Below are positions 27,786 through 37,112 of a stretch of 64,000 nt of DNA, piece after piece. The DNA is taken from contig JAJECV010000005.1 in assembly GCA_022821875.1 (NCBI GenBank), forward strand, positions 365 through 64,364. Reading direction: 5' to 3'. The translations under genes and the position numbers were made by a program. The notes below the pieces were generated by a model. The model searched no databases. It was not told the DNA's origin and saw only the letters and a list, made by a program, of their open reading frames with translations. How positions within the stretch are numbered: the stretch's first letter is position 1; each line of letters starts with the position of its first letter. Source of the DNA: Rhodothermales bacterium (GTDB lineage Bacteria; Bacteroidota; Rhodothermia; Rhodothermales; Bin80).

Positions 27786-28751
27786 ATGCAAACCGTTCGA
27801 CTGGCACTGAATGCCATGGCGACACGGTTTGAATTGGTGATGTATGGAGAGGATGCTGTGCTGCTAAGAGCAGCAGGCGAGGAGGCTCTGTCTGAGATCA
27901 AGCGTCTGGATGAGCGATTGAGTTTCTATAACCCAAACAGTGAGGTCAGCCATATTAACGATAACGCTTCAAAGAATCCCGTACCGGTCACACCAGACCT
28001 CTATTCCCTTCTGAAAATGGCATCTGAACTTTCTGACAAGACAGATGGTGCGTTTGATGTCACCGTGGGGCCGCTCATGCGCTGCTGGGGATTTGTGCAC
28101 GGTTCAGGGGCCTGGCCGGAGGAATCCGTAAGAAAAAAAGCCCTGCAAAAAACCGGAATGAATCAGGTGCAGCTGGATGAATCCGAATGTAGTGTCCGCT
28201 TTAGACAGGATGGGATGGCCATTGACCTTGGCGCAATCGGGAAAGGGTATGCTATCGAAGAAGCCGCCACTCTGCTTCGGGAATGTGGAGTCATGTCCGC
28301 ACTCCTTCACGGAGGCACAAGTACGATGGTCACCATCGGATCCCCTTCATGCGGTGAAGGGGAATGGACCATCGGAGTTGCCGATCCTCTAGACGAAAGC
28401 CATGTGCTGACCTCTACATCCATTTGCGACGAAGCCCTCTCTGTGTCGGCCCCGCATGGGAAAGCTTTTCAAAAAGGCAATCACATGTGGGGACATGTGA
28501 TTGATCCCCGTGTTGGCTACCCCGTGCAAGGGGCGGCCGTCGCTGCCGTAGTTCATTCATCGGCAACCGTCTGTGATGCCGTCTCAACGGCACTGCTGGC
28601 CATGAACCGCACCGAAATGGATCATGTGGCACAGAAATTCGACGATATGCGTATACTTTGTGCATACCCCGACGGAAATGAGCTGGAACTTGTTTCCAAC
28701 GGATTCAACTCAACAGACTCAACGATTCCCAATGACGAAAAAAACGGTTAG
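27786..28751 (+). CDS. apbE: FAD:protein FMN transferase (ApbE family), no obvious signal peptide
   Basis: LNAMATRFELVMYG (AMGT-type motif), FDVTVGPL, IDLGAIGKGYAIE, GGTSTMVTIG, LSVSAPHGK and DAVSTAL are typical ApbE blocks. ATG at 27786; the upstream in-frame extension is hydrophilic. Confidence 0.85.
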   Translation: MQTVRLALNAMATRFELVMYGEDAVLLRAAGEEALSEIKRLDERLSFYNPNSEVSHINDNASKNPVPVTPDLYSLLKMASELSDKTDGAFDVTVGPLMRCWGFVHGSGAWPEESVRKKALQKTGMNQVQLDESECSVRFRQDGMAIDLGAIGKGYAIEEAATLLRECGVMSALLHGGTSTMVTIGSPSCGEGEWTIGVADPLDESHVLTSTSICDEALSVSAPHGKAFQKGNHMWGHVIDPRVGYPVQGAAVAAVVHSSATVCDAVSTALLAMNRTEMDHVAQKFDDMRILCAYPDGNELELVSNGFNSTDSTIPNDEKNG

Positions 28752-29988
28752 CAGAAGAGCTTTTCTTATGGGCAGTGCTGCCCTCAGCGGAGCAGGTCTG
28801 GTGCGTGCAGCCAATATCAAAACCCGGCCATGGCCCGGGAACCGTGATGAGGTTCATTGTGGTATTATCGGCTATGGTCCACAGGGGCGCGAAATCACCG
28901 CGACACTTGCCCGGGTACCGGGTGCGACCGTTTCGGCCATCTGTGACACCTATGCCCCCATGCTCCGCCGTGCACAGCGGGATGTCCCGGAGGCAACTCG
29001 GCATGAAGACTATCGTGAGATTCTAGACAATCCGGACATCCAGGCCGTGATCGTAGCAACCCCTACCCACCTCCATCGTGATATTGTGCTCAATGCACTG
29101 GAGGCAGGCAAGAATGTGTACTGCGAAGCGCCGATGGCATCCTCCATTGACGATGCAAAAGCAATTGCACGCGCAGCACGGGATGTGCCTGAGCAGATCT
29201 TCCAGGTTGGTCAGATCTATCGGTCCAATCCGCAACACCGATCAGTATTTCAATTTATGCGCAGTGGTGCAATTGGGAAACCTGCCATGGCGCGGGGACA
29301 GTGGCACGCAAAAGAGAGCTGGCGACGCGCTTCTCCGAATGCCGAACGCGTTCGGGAACTCAACTGGCGCCTGGATCCCGAACTCACAACCGGGCTGATC
29401 GGCGAAGCCGCCCTGCTGCAAATGGATGTCGCCTACTGGGTGCTCGGTGAACTTCCGACCAGAGTTCAGGGATTCGGACAGATCATGGGCTGGAATGACG
29501 GACGCGAAATTGCCGATACGATTCAGACCATCTTTGAATTTCCGAGCGGCCTGCACCTGATCTTTGACGCAACCCTCGTAAGTTCCTATGAAGAAGCGTA
29601 TGAAGTGTACATGGGATCCGAAAGTACAATTGTCTTTCGGGACCGGGGCAAGGCATGGATGTTCAAGGAGGTGGATTCCTTGATGCTTGGCTGGGAGGTC
29701 TATGCAAGAAAAGACCGGTTCTATAAGGAAACCGGGATTGCCCTTCTTGCCAATGCAACCCAGTTGGATGCCCAGAATCTAGATCCGACCGAAGACGACC
29801 CCAATGTGGAGACTCCAATGTGGTATGCGATGCAGGAATTCATGGACAATCACGCCTTCGGCCCCTATCCGCCTGCTGCAAACTGGGAGCGGGGATTAGA
29901 GGCGGCCGCAGTTGCGATTACGGCAAATCAGGCCATTGTTGAGGGGACTGCGAAGGAGATTGATCCACGATTGTATACGCTGGATTAG
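28732..29988 (+). CDS. Gfo/Idh/MocA family oxidoreductase, Tat-exported
   Basis: Twin-arginine signal VSRRAFLMGSAALSGAGLVRA. GIIGYGPQG Rossmann, NVYCEAPMA (EKP-type motif). The ATG at 28732 overlaps the apbE 3' end by 20 nt. Confidence 0.9.
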   Translation: MTKKTVSRRAFLMGSAALSGAGLVRAANIKTRPWPGNRDEVHCGIIGYGPQGREITATLARVPGATVSAICDTYAPMLRRAQRDVPEATRHEDYREILDNPDIQAVIVATPTHLHRDIVLNALEAGKNVYCEAPMASSIDDAKAIARAARDVPEQIFQVGQIYRSNPQHRSVFQFMRSGAIGKPAMARGQWHAKESWRRASPNAERVRELNWRLDPELTTGLIGEAALLQMDVAYWVLGELPTRVQGFGQIMGWNDGREIADTIQTIFEFPSGLHLIFDATLVSSYEEAYEVYMGSESTIVFRDRGKAWMFKEVDSLMLGWEVYARKDRFYKETGIALLANATQLDAQNLDPTEDDPNVETPMWYAMQEFMDNHAFGPYPPAANWERGLEAAAVAITANQAIVEGTAKEIDPRLYTLD

Positions 29989-29997
29989 GTCAGGGCC

Positions 29998-32037
29998 ATG
30001 CTGACCCTGACGGAAAAAGTTCTCTTTACTCTGGCGGCACTTTTTGCCGTGTATGGAACCGGCCTGGGAATCTCCGCGGTATTCAGAATCATCCGGCAGG
30101 GGCAGTCCCCTGCCCTGCATCTTGACAGCAAGCGCACACTTCGTGCAATCGGGGCCTGGATTACAATGGGAGGCATGTGGAAGGCCCGCCCGCTGGTCAC
30201 CACCATACATGCCGCACTCGCCTGGGGATTCGTGCTCTATCTCCTGGTGAATATGGTGGATCTGGCCCGGGGGTATTTCTCCGTACCGGTTCTATTCCCG
30301 GACTGGCTTTATCACGGCTACCGCCTTGCGGTGGACCTTGCGAGTGGTGCAGTACTCCTTGCCATGCTGCTGCTCCTGCTGCGACGCTTCCTTCTGCCCG
30401 GACGTGATGCCCTGTCGCAACGAGATAATATTCTGCGTATCCACGAGGTACGCCTCCTGTTCCTGCGGCAGACAATTTCCCGTGACTCCCTGATCGTCGG
30501 ACTGTTCATCCTGCTGCATGTGGGATTTCGTTTACTTGGAGAATCGGCCGCCATCGGACTGCATGGCCCGGATCCATGGCAGCCGCTGGCTTCCACCATC
30601 ACACCTGTCTGGGCCGGCCTCAGTCCTGACCATCTCACAATCTGGTATCATGTATGCTGGTGGGGCGCTCTGGGCCTGATTCTAGCCTTCGCCCCCTATT
30701 TTCCCTATACCAAGCATTTTCATTTCATGATGGCCGGGGTTAACTTCGCCACACAGATCCATCGCTCCTCGCCGGGCGCACTGGATCCCATTGACTTTGA
30801 AGATGCGGGTGCAGATGTTTTTGGATCACTCACCCTGGAGCAGCTTCCGCAATCCAGTATTGCAGATACCTTCGCCTGCATCATGTGCAATCGCTGCCAG
30901 GATGTCTGTCCTGCGTATGCAACTGGAAAAGAATTGTCTCCTGCTGCGCTGGAAATCAATAAACGCTACTTCGTCAACGAACATCTGTGGGACCTTGCTT
31001 CCGGGGAAACCCCCGATGTGAAACTTACCGAATATGCCATCACAGAAGCGGCAGTCTGGGCCTGCACCGCATGTGGTGCCTGCACCGAGATCTGCCCGGT
31101 TGCAAATGCTCCGATGCAGGATATCCTGCAGATCCGACGCGGTCTGGTGCTTATGGAAGATCAATACCCCGCAACACTGGAACCGGTGTATCAGGGTATG
31201 GAGCGCAATGGGAATCCCTGGAACATGAGTGCACAGGATCGTATGGGCTGGGCCGAGGGCTTAGAAGTCCCTACGGTGGAGGAGAATCCTGATGCCGAAT
31301 TGCTCTGGTGGGTCGGCTGTGCTCCCTCCTACGATCAACGGGCCCAGCAAACCGCACGCGCACTCGTGCGCATCCTGCAAACTGCAAACATTTCTTTTTC
31401 AGTCCTGGGAAATCGTGAACGGTGCACCGGGGACTCCGCACGCAGAAGCGGGAACGAATATCTGTTCTCCGAACTTGCCGGGAGAAATATTGCCACACTG
31501 GATCAGATCAAGCCGAAACGCATCCTGACCACCTGCCCACACTGCCTGCACACACTGGGAAAGGAGTATGCTGCGCTGGGAGGGCATTATGAGGTGATCC
31601 ACCATACGGAATTACTGGCGGAACTGGCAGATGAGGGACGCATCCCAATGGAGGCGCTGAAGGAAGATATCACGTTCCACGACCCGTGTTATCTGGGACG
31701 GCAGAATGACATCACCGAAGCCCCGAGATCTGTTCTGGAAAATGTTGGAGCAACCGTTACCGAGATGCCGCGCAACCGGAAAGACTCCTTCTGCTGCGGG
31801 GCCGGAGGTGCCCAGATGTGGATGGACGAGTCTGCACCCAGAGTCAATGACGTACGCTATGCCGAGGCCGCCGCTACCGGAGCGGATACCATTGCCACCG
31901 GATGCCCGTTCTGCCTGACGATGCTGCGTGATGCAGCCACGAGATTTGACACGAACGGGCCACCTATCAAGGATGTTGCAGAAATCGTCGCCGAACGCCT
32001 TCCCTCCAGATCAGGTCACCCCGAAAAAAATCTCTGA
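29998..32037 (+). CDS. Membrane-anchored (Fe-S)-binding oxidoreductase, HdrE/HdrD-like (NarI-like membrane domain + 2x[4Fe-4S] + two CCG domains)
   Basis: N-terminal ~250 aa has about 6 hydrophobic helices with conserved His (HAALAWGF, LHVGFRLL, WYHVCWWG, KHFHFMM). Ferredoxin motifs CIMCNRCQDVCP and CTACGACTEICP. Cys-rich CCG-type blocks WWVGCAP, CPHCLHTLG, DPCYLGR, FCCGAGG, GCPFCLTML. Confidence 0.85.
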   Translation: MLTLTEKVLFTLAALFAVYGTGLGISAVFRIIRQGQSPALHLDSKRTLRAIGAWITMGGMWKARPLVTTIHAALAWGFVLYLLVNMVDLARGYFSVPVLFPDWLYHGYRLAVDLASGAVLLAMLLLLLRRFLLPGRDALSQRDNILRIHEVRLLFLRQTISRDSLIVGLFILLHVGFRLLGESAAIGLHGPDPWQPLASTITPVWAGLSPDHLTIWYHVCWWGALGLILAFAPYFPYTKHFHFMMAGVNFATQIHRSSPGALDPIDFEDAGADVFGSLTLEQLPQSSIADTFACIMCNRCQDVCPAYATGKELSPAALEINKRYFVNEHLWDLASGETPDVKLTEYAITEAAVWACTACGACTEICPVANAPMQDILQIRRGLVLMEDQYPATLEPVYQGMERNGNPWNMSAQDRMGWAEGLEVPTVEENPDAELLWWVGCAPSYDQRAQQTARALVRILQTANISFSVLGNRERCTGDSARRSGNEYLFSELAGRNIATLDQIKPKRILTTCPHCLHTLGKEYAALGGHYEVIHHTELLAELADEGRIPMEALKEDITFHDPCYLGRQNDITEAPRSVLENVGATVTEMPRNRKDSFCCGAGGAQMWMDESAPRVNDVRYAEAAATGADTIATGCPFCLTMLRDAATRFDTNGPPIKDVAEIVAERLPSRSGHPEKNL

Positions 32038-32129
32038 CGCTGGACAATCTCTTCACACGGACGATTTTACGAGCATGCCAATATGGAAGTATCGGCGCAG
32101 ACAATGCCCTTCCCCGGAATCCATCGTCC

Positions 32130-32450
32130 TCAAACCGATTCTGCGCCGTCTTTCAGCCTTATGCGCTGCTTGAAGAATGTCCCCTTTTCACGGGGTTTAC
32201 CGGCAGATCGGTATCGTATATGAATGATCGGCATCAAAATTCCAAAAGCGAACATATACTCTCCCCACGCTCTATGTACAACCGGCAGGCGCAGGAAATA
32301 AGGATCACTTATTATCCACCCGCCAACAAAAAGATTTATCGAGATAAGCAACCCCAGGAACCATGCCGGGCTGTAGTTTTCAATCTTCTTCGCTATGGGG
32401 AAATACATAAAAACAGCCACGGCTAAAACTCCCGTAACCACTCCCCCCAT
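32130..32450 (-). CDS. Small hypothetical membrane protein (possibly the 3' part of a frameshifted gene)
   Basis: 106 aa with 3 hydrophobic segments. A 46-codon ORF starting at 32566 in another frame ends inside it, next to a C6/G6 homopolymer (32445-32450). Confidence 0.4.
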   Translation of the reverse strand: MGGVVTGVLAVAVFMYFPIAKKIENYSPAWFLGLLISINLFVGGWIISDPYFLRLPVVHRAWGEYMFAFGILMPIIHIRYRSAGKPREKGTFFKQRIRLKDGAESV

Positions 32451-32710
32451 ACCAGATCCATCCCGGTGTAAGCCCCGTCAAATGCCCACCAGTAGTTATA
32501 AACACCGATTAGAGAATATACCACCGGAATCGAAAGTCTCCCGGCAAACTCCTTTATTCTGCTCATCTTCCTGAATTGGTCGGTCCATAGATGATATACC
32601 ACCTGCCCCCGGTATCACAAGATGTGCCGAGTTTATATTCGTTCATTTTCGCTTGAACATATTGGGCAGTCCTCCGCGCTCCTACACCCACCCGTACAAC
32701 GGAGCGCAGG

Positions 32711-33469
32711 TCAAAAATCAGTATCCGGCTCAATCAGATCCAGTTCATGGATCCAGATATTCCGGTAGCGCACATCATGCCCTTCCGCCTGTAATTTCAG
32801 GCCGCCGGGCACATCGGTGATGCCACGCCCCTCATCATTGCCGCCGTCAATCCCTGAATTGGGGCCTCCCCATACCTGCTGAATGGGCACATTCTCGTGC
32901 ACCTTGACCCCATTAAAATAAAGGGTCACCATGGCCGGCTCCGTCCGCTCGCCATCGGAAAAACGAGCGGCGCGGAAGACCACATCATAGGCGTTCCACT
33001 GCCCGGTCCCGTTGTAAGGCCAGTAGGCCGATGCCTTTTCATTGATCACCGCCGCCATGCCATGCTTCGTGGAATCGCCATCAAGTACCTGAATCTCATA
33101 ACGGTTCTGGAGATAAACCCCGCTGTTCCCGCCGGTTTCCGTAATCAGGAACTCCACATGCAGCCGGAAGTCGCGGAATTTCTGTTTGGTTACAATATCG
33201 GCCGCACCATAGAGTCCGCCCGCCGCGGACGAATCCCTGCTGCTGACCACCGTTCCCTCATCCACCGGGTCCGCAACAATTTCCCATTTTATAGGCAGCT
33301 CGGCCGCAAGCCGGGGGCCCTCCCAGTAGGTCCAGTTCTCGTCCAGTGCATCCCGGGTTCCATCAAACAGAACCATTGCCCCCTCAGGCGCAGCGGTACC
33401 GACCCCGGTCTGGGCATATACCGGATGAATCATCACAATCAGAAGCAGAAAAGAAAATATCTTTTGCAT
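32711..33469 (-). CDS. DUF1080 (3-keto-disaccharide hydrolase-like) domain protein, secreted
   Basis: Signal peptide MQKIFSFLLLIVMIHPVYAQ. Blocks W.YWEGP, KFRDFRLHVEF, GGNSGVYLQNRYEIQVLD, LKLQAEGHDVRYRNIWIHEL are typical of DUF1080. Confidence 0.85.
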   Translation of the reverse strand: MQKIFSFLLLIVMIHPVYAQTGVGTAAPEGAMVLFDGTRDALDENWTYWEGPRLAAELPIKWEIVADPVDEGTVVSSRDSSAAGGLYGAADIVTKQKFRDFRLHVEFLITETGGNSGVYLQNRYEIQVLDGDSTKHGMAAVINEKASAYWPYNGTGQWNAYDVVFRAARFSDGERTEPAMVTLYFNGVKVHENVPIQQVWGGPNSGIDGGNDEGRGITDVPGGLKLQAEGHDVRYRNIWIHELDLIEPDTDF

Positions 33470-33574
33470 GAATTTATTGGTTTGAAGAACTTCCAAGTTA
33501 AGCAATTCTTTTCTTTCTGTCAATATGAACCGGATGCGGGATGAGCGGTAGGATGCACAAAATCCAATCTGATC

Positions 33575-34039
33575 ATGGAACAGGCAACCTTTGGAGCAGG
33601 CTGTTTTTGGGGGGTTGAACTGATTTTCCGGCAGACAGCCGGGGTCATTGACACCGCAGTGGGATATTCCGGCGGGGTGACCAAAAACCCCACCTACCGT
33701 GAGGTCTGTTCAAAGCGTACAGGACATGCGGAGGTGGTACACCTCGCCTTTGACCCGGCCCTGATCGCCTACACGCAACTCCTGGAAATTTTCTGGAGCA
33801 ATCACAACCCCACCACACTGAATCAGCAGGGCCCCGATATCGGCCCCCAGTACCGTTCCGTGATCTTTTATCACTCTGATACACAAAAAACCGAAGCGGA
33901 ACGATCCCTGCAGCAACAACAAACGCGGCTCCCCCGTCCGATTGTAACGGAGATCGTCCCTGCAGGCACCTTCTACCGGGCGGAGGAATACCACCAGCAA
34001 TATCTGGAAAAGCACGGGATGACCCACTGCCACCTGTAG
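33575..34039 (+). CDS. msrA: Peptide-methionine (S)-S-oxide reductase
   Basis: [12 protein letters not shown] active-site motif, [23 protein letters not shown]. Confidence 0.95.
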   Translation: MEQATFGAGCFWGVELIFRQTAGVIDTAVGYSGGVTKNPTYREVCSKRTGHAEVVHLAFDPALIAYTQLLEIFWSNHNPTTLNQQGPDIGPQYRSVIFYHSDTQKTEAERSLQQQQTRLPRPIVTEIVPAGTFYRAEEYHQQYLEKHGMTHCHL

Positions 34040-34041
34040 CA

Positions 34042-35913
34042 CTACAGCGTGTAGCCGGTCACAAATGCCTCGGCAGCATAAAATTCCGGCAGCCCGAGGC
34101 GGTTCAGGGCCTCCGCCGTTCCCGTATTGCGGTCACGCGCCCTCTGCCAGAATTCACGATCATCATGCGCCCCCGGGAACATTGCCCGGTCCTTCTGGCT
34201 CTCATGCTTGAAAATCGCCTCAATCTTGCGCGCCATCTCTGCTCTTGAGATCGGTGTGAATACATCCGCCTGGTGGATTTCCCATTCCTGCCATGCACCG
34301 CGGTACAGCCACACCATGGGGCCCTGCACTCCCCGCTCCCGGTTATAGCGCTCCAGAGCCATCTGAATCGCAACATAACAGACCCGATGGGTGCCATGAG
34401 GATCTGAAAGATCCCCCGCCACAAAAATATGGTCCGGCTCCTGCTCGTTCATCAGATCCAGGATAATCCGGGCATCCTCTTCCCCAACCGGTTTTTTCTT
34501 GATCCGCCCGGTCTGGTAGAACGGCAGATCAATAAACCGTGCATTCGAGCGGGTAAGGCCCATCACCTCAATCCCCGCAATGGCCTCCGCATAGCGGATC
34601 GCCGACTTAATATTCTGTACCGACGGCAGATCAATCTCACCGGCAGATTTATTTTCCAGAAATCTCAGCAACTCTTCCCTGCACGCCCGAAAACCCTCTG
34701 CTGCTTCTCCCGTAATGCCAAGTTCTTCCAGACACATCTCCACAAATCCCAGATAACGGGATACATCGGCATCAAAAACGGCCACCGATCCATTGGTCAT
34801 GTAGGCGACAATGACCTCGTTCCGGTTACGGGCCAGTTTGTCCAGCATCCCCCCCATCGAAATCACATCATCATCCGGGTGCGGACTGAAGAGAATCACA
34901 CGTTTTCGCTCCGGGAGCTGATTCTGGTAGTGAATCCTGCGGCGCAGATCTTCAAATACACGTACACAGATCTCATCAATCTCCGGGTAGGCATACACCA
35001 GGCTATGGAGACGGTTATTATGAAAATCTGCCTCCTCCAACTGAAGGATCGCCTTCCCGACCCGCTCGGATAACCAAATGATTGCACGCTTAGTCATGTC
35101 CAGAGTCCATTCCACATCGGAAACCAGCCAGGGAGTCTGCTCCCGGGTCAGCCGGCCGGCGGCCGCACGATCCAGATAGACGGCACTCTTCGGATGCTCC
35201 CGCAGATAGGAGGCCGTCACTTCTTCATTGATCGGATCTTCAACGGCCCGCCGGATGATGCCTGCCTTCCCCTCCCCGGTTGCCATGAGGAGGATCTCAC
35301 GGGAGTCCAGAATCGTCCCCACCCCCACTGTTAACCCCTGTCGGGGTACATGATCATCCCCAAAGAAATGACTGGCGGCATCCTTTCGGGTAATGGAATC
35401 CAGGATCACCTTCCGCGTCCGGTCATTGCGTGAACTTCCAGGCTCGTTAAAGGCAATATGCCCGCTTCGTCCAATCCGCAGCAGCACAAGATCCAGCCCT
35501 CCTGCGTTCTGGATGGCCTCCTCATAGGAGCGGCACCAGTCATCCACCTCGTCCTCCGCCAGATTACCCGGCAATCCATGTGCCTGCTCCCTGGGGACAT
35601 TGATGTGATTCAGAAGATTTTCCCGAAGAAAGCGATAATAGCTTTGTATTCGACCGGGATCAATCGGATAGTACTCCGCCAGATCAAAGGTGATGACACT
35701 GGAAAAATCCAGACCATCCTCCTGATGCATCCGAATCAATTCCTTGTATACATCCAACGGCGTGGATCCAGTAGGAAGTCCAAGAACCGTGTTCTGTCCC
35801 TGAGCAGTACGCTCTTTGATGAGCACCCCGATATGGTGCGCAATCTCCAGCGCCAAAGACGCTGCATCCTCGAAAATGTGTACCGGCAAATGCTCACGAT
35901 AAGAATCCATCAA
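34042..35913 (-). CDS. nagB: Long-form glucosamine-6-phosphate deaminase (NagB domain fused to LmbE/PIG-L-like deacetylase domain)
   Basis: N-terminal VLGLPTGSTPLDVY, GRSGHIAFNEPGS (NagB). C-terminal VILFSPHPDDDVISMGG ... DPHGTHRV (LmbE/PIG-L zinc-hydrolase motifs). Confidence 0.85.
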   Translation of the reverse strand: MMDSYREHLPVHIFEDAASLALEIAHHIGVLIKERTAQGQNTVLGLPTGSTPLDVYKELIRMHQEDGLDFSSVITFDLAEYYPIDPGRIQSYYRFLRENLLNHINVPREQAHGLPGNLAEDEVDDWCRSYEEAIQNAGGLDLVLLRIGRSGHIAFNEPGSSRNDRTRKVILDSITRKDAASHFFGDDHVPRQGLTVGVGTILDSREILLMATGEGKAGIIRRAVEDPINEEVTASYLREHPKSAVYLDRAAAGRLTREQTPWLVSDVEWTLDMTKRAIIWLSERVGKAILQLEEADFHNNRLHSLVYAYPEIDEICVRVFEDLRRRIHYQNQLPERKRVILFSPHPDDDVISMGGMLDKLARNRNEVIVAYMTNGSVAVFDADVSRYLGFVEMCLEELGITGEAAEGFRACREELLRFLENKSAGEIDLPSVQNIKSAIRYAEAIAGIEVMGLTRSNARFIDLPFYQTGRIKKKPVGEEDARIILDLMNEQEPDHIFVAGDLSDPHGTHRVCYVAIQMALERYNRERGVQGPMVWLYRGAWQEWEIHQADVFTPISRAEMARKIEAIFKHESQKDRAMFPGAHDDREFWQRARDRNTGTAEALNRLGLPEFYAAEAFVTGYTL

Positions 35914-36217
35914 GGTCTATATGGAAGATTAAGGAGTTATAGCTTCAGTCCGTAACCGTTTTACCCTAACATAACCGACCTGCTCCAAAAATTGCCAAAC
36001 TTTGTACCGGAACGGCAATTCTTCACAAAAAACACATAATATTCCCGAAAAACTTGGAATTCTGGCGATTGTTCAGTATCTTGTCGCTGATATACCCATG
36101 CCGGATTTTATATTGCATCATCTGGACTAAATTCCGGGTTTCGATTTGGGAGATTGAAGGTTTTTGTAATCAGGCATGTGAATAGAAATTTGAGAAGATA
36201 AACCTACTTCGGTGGTT

Positions 36218-36997
36218 ATGGATCAACTAACCAATATATTGTTCGTCACAGGAGAAATTGCCCCATTTGCAAATGAAAGTGACATCGGAACGCTAACCCG
36301 CTGTATCCCCAAGGGGCTGACGGAGGATGGTTCTTTCGGAACCAGAATTATGATGCCGCGCTACGGGACCATCAATGAACGCAAAAATCGACTGCACCAG
36401 GTTATCCGACTCTGCGGCACCAAGGTACGCATGGGGAGCAAAACCGAAACCCTCGCCGTCAAGGTCGCCGCCATTCCTGGAACCCGGTGTCAGGTCTACT
36501 TCATGGACAGCACACGTTTTTTTAAACGAAAAGGTTTACATCAGGACAAGTCAGGAAACACATTCAAAGATAATTCCGCACGTGCACTCTTCTTTGCCCG
36601 CTCCACCCTGGAGACCGTGCGAAAATTGCAGTGGAAGCCGGATGTTGTCCATGCATTTGGCTGGATCAGCGGATTTCTGCCCTTTCTTCTGGCTACCGAG
36701 TACAAGAACGATAATGTGTTCGGATCCGTCAAAACCGTGGTCTTTACGCCAGACCGCATTGATGCCGACGCAATCATCTCCCCGGATCTCATCAAAAACA
36801 TGAAGCTCCATCTCAATGGAGATATTTCCGGCATGAGTCTGTCTGATCTGGGGATAAAATTCTCGGATGTCATTGCCTACCCCCCCTCGCTCACGCCGAA
36901 CTCGGATCACTCAGTCCAGTTCAGCATTGATACACAGGAGATGATCCTGCAAGCCACGGATCTGTATCAGATGGTATGCAGTGCGGAGCCCGTCTGA
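36218..36997 (+). CDS. Short glycogen/starch-synthase-like protein (Glyco_transf_5 N-terminal domain only)
   Basis: ILFVTGEIAPFANESDIGTL...RIMMPRYG...VVHAFGWISGFLP matches the GlgA N-terminal domain. The protein ends at ~260 aa without the C-terminal GT1 half. Confidence 0.7.
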   Translation: MDQLTNILFVTGEIAPFANESDIGTLTRCIPKGLTEDGSFGTRIMMPRYGTINERKNRLHQVIRLCGTKVRMGSKTETLAVKVAAIPGTRCQVYFMDSTRFFKRKGLHQDKSGNTFKDNSARALFFARSTLETVRKLQWKPDVVHAFGWISGFLPFLLATEYKNDNVFGSVKTVVFTPDRIDADAIISPDLIKNMKLHLNGDISGMSLSDLGIKFSDVIAYPPSLTPNSDHSVQFSIDTQEMILQATDLYQMVCSAEPV

Positions 36998-37112
36998 ACG
37001 GGAACTCTTCCCGGCGCTGCGGGTAATCTCCCCGCTGTGAGTCGTGCCTGACATACCAATCCAGTCGACTCTCTCGTTCTTGGGCTGCTCTCCAGCCCAT
37101 CTCAATCGTTTT

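Noticed and set aside
26311-32037. Search for an ApbE flavinylation motif ([S/T]GA[S/T]-type) in the operon proteins
   Set aside because: Only non-matching strings were found (TGAP in the first dehydrogenase, SGAI in the second, TGAD in the Fe-S protein). None was reported as a target site. The absence is itself noted as a finding.
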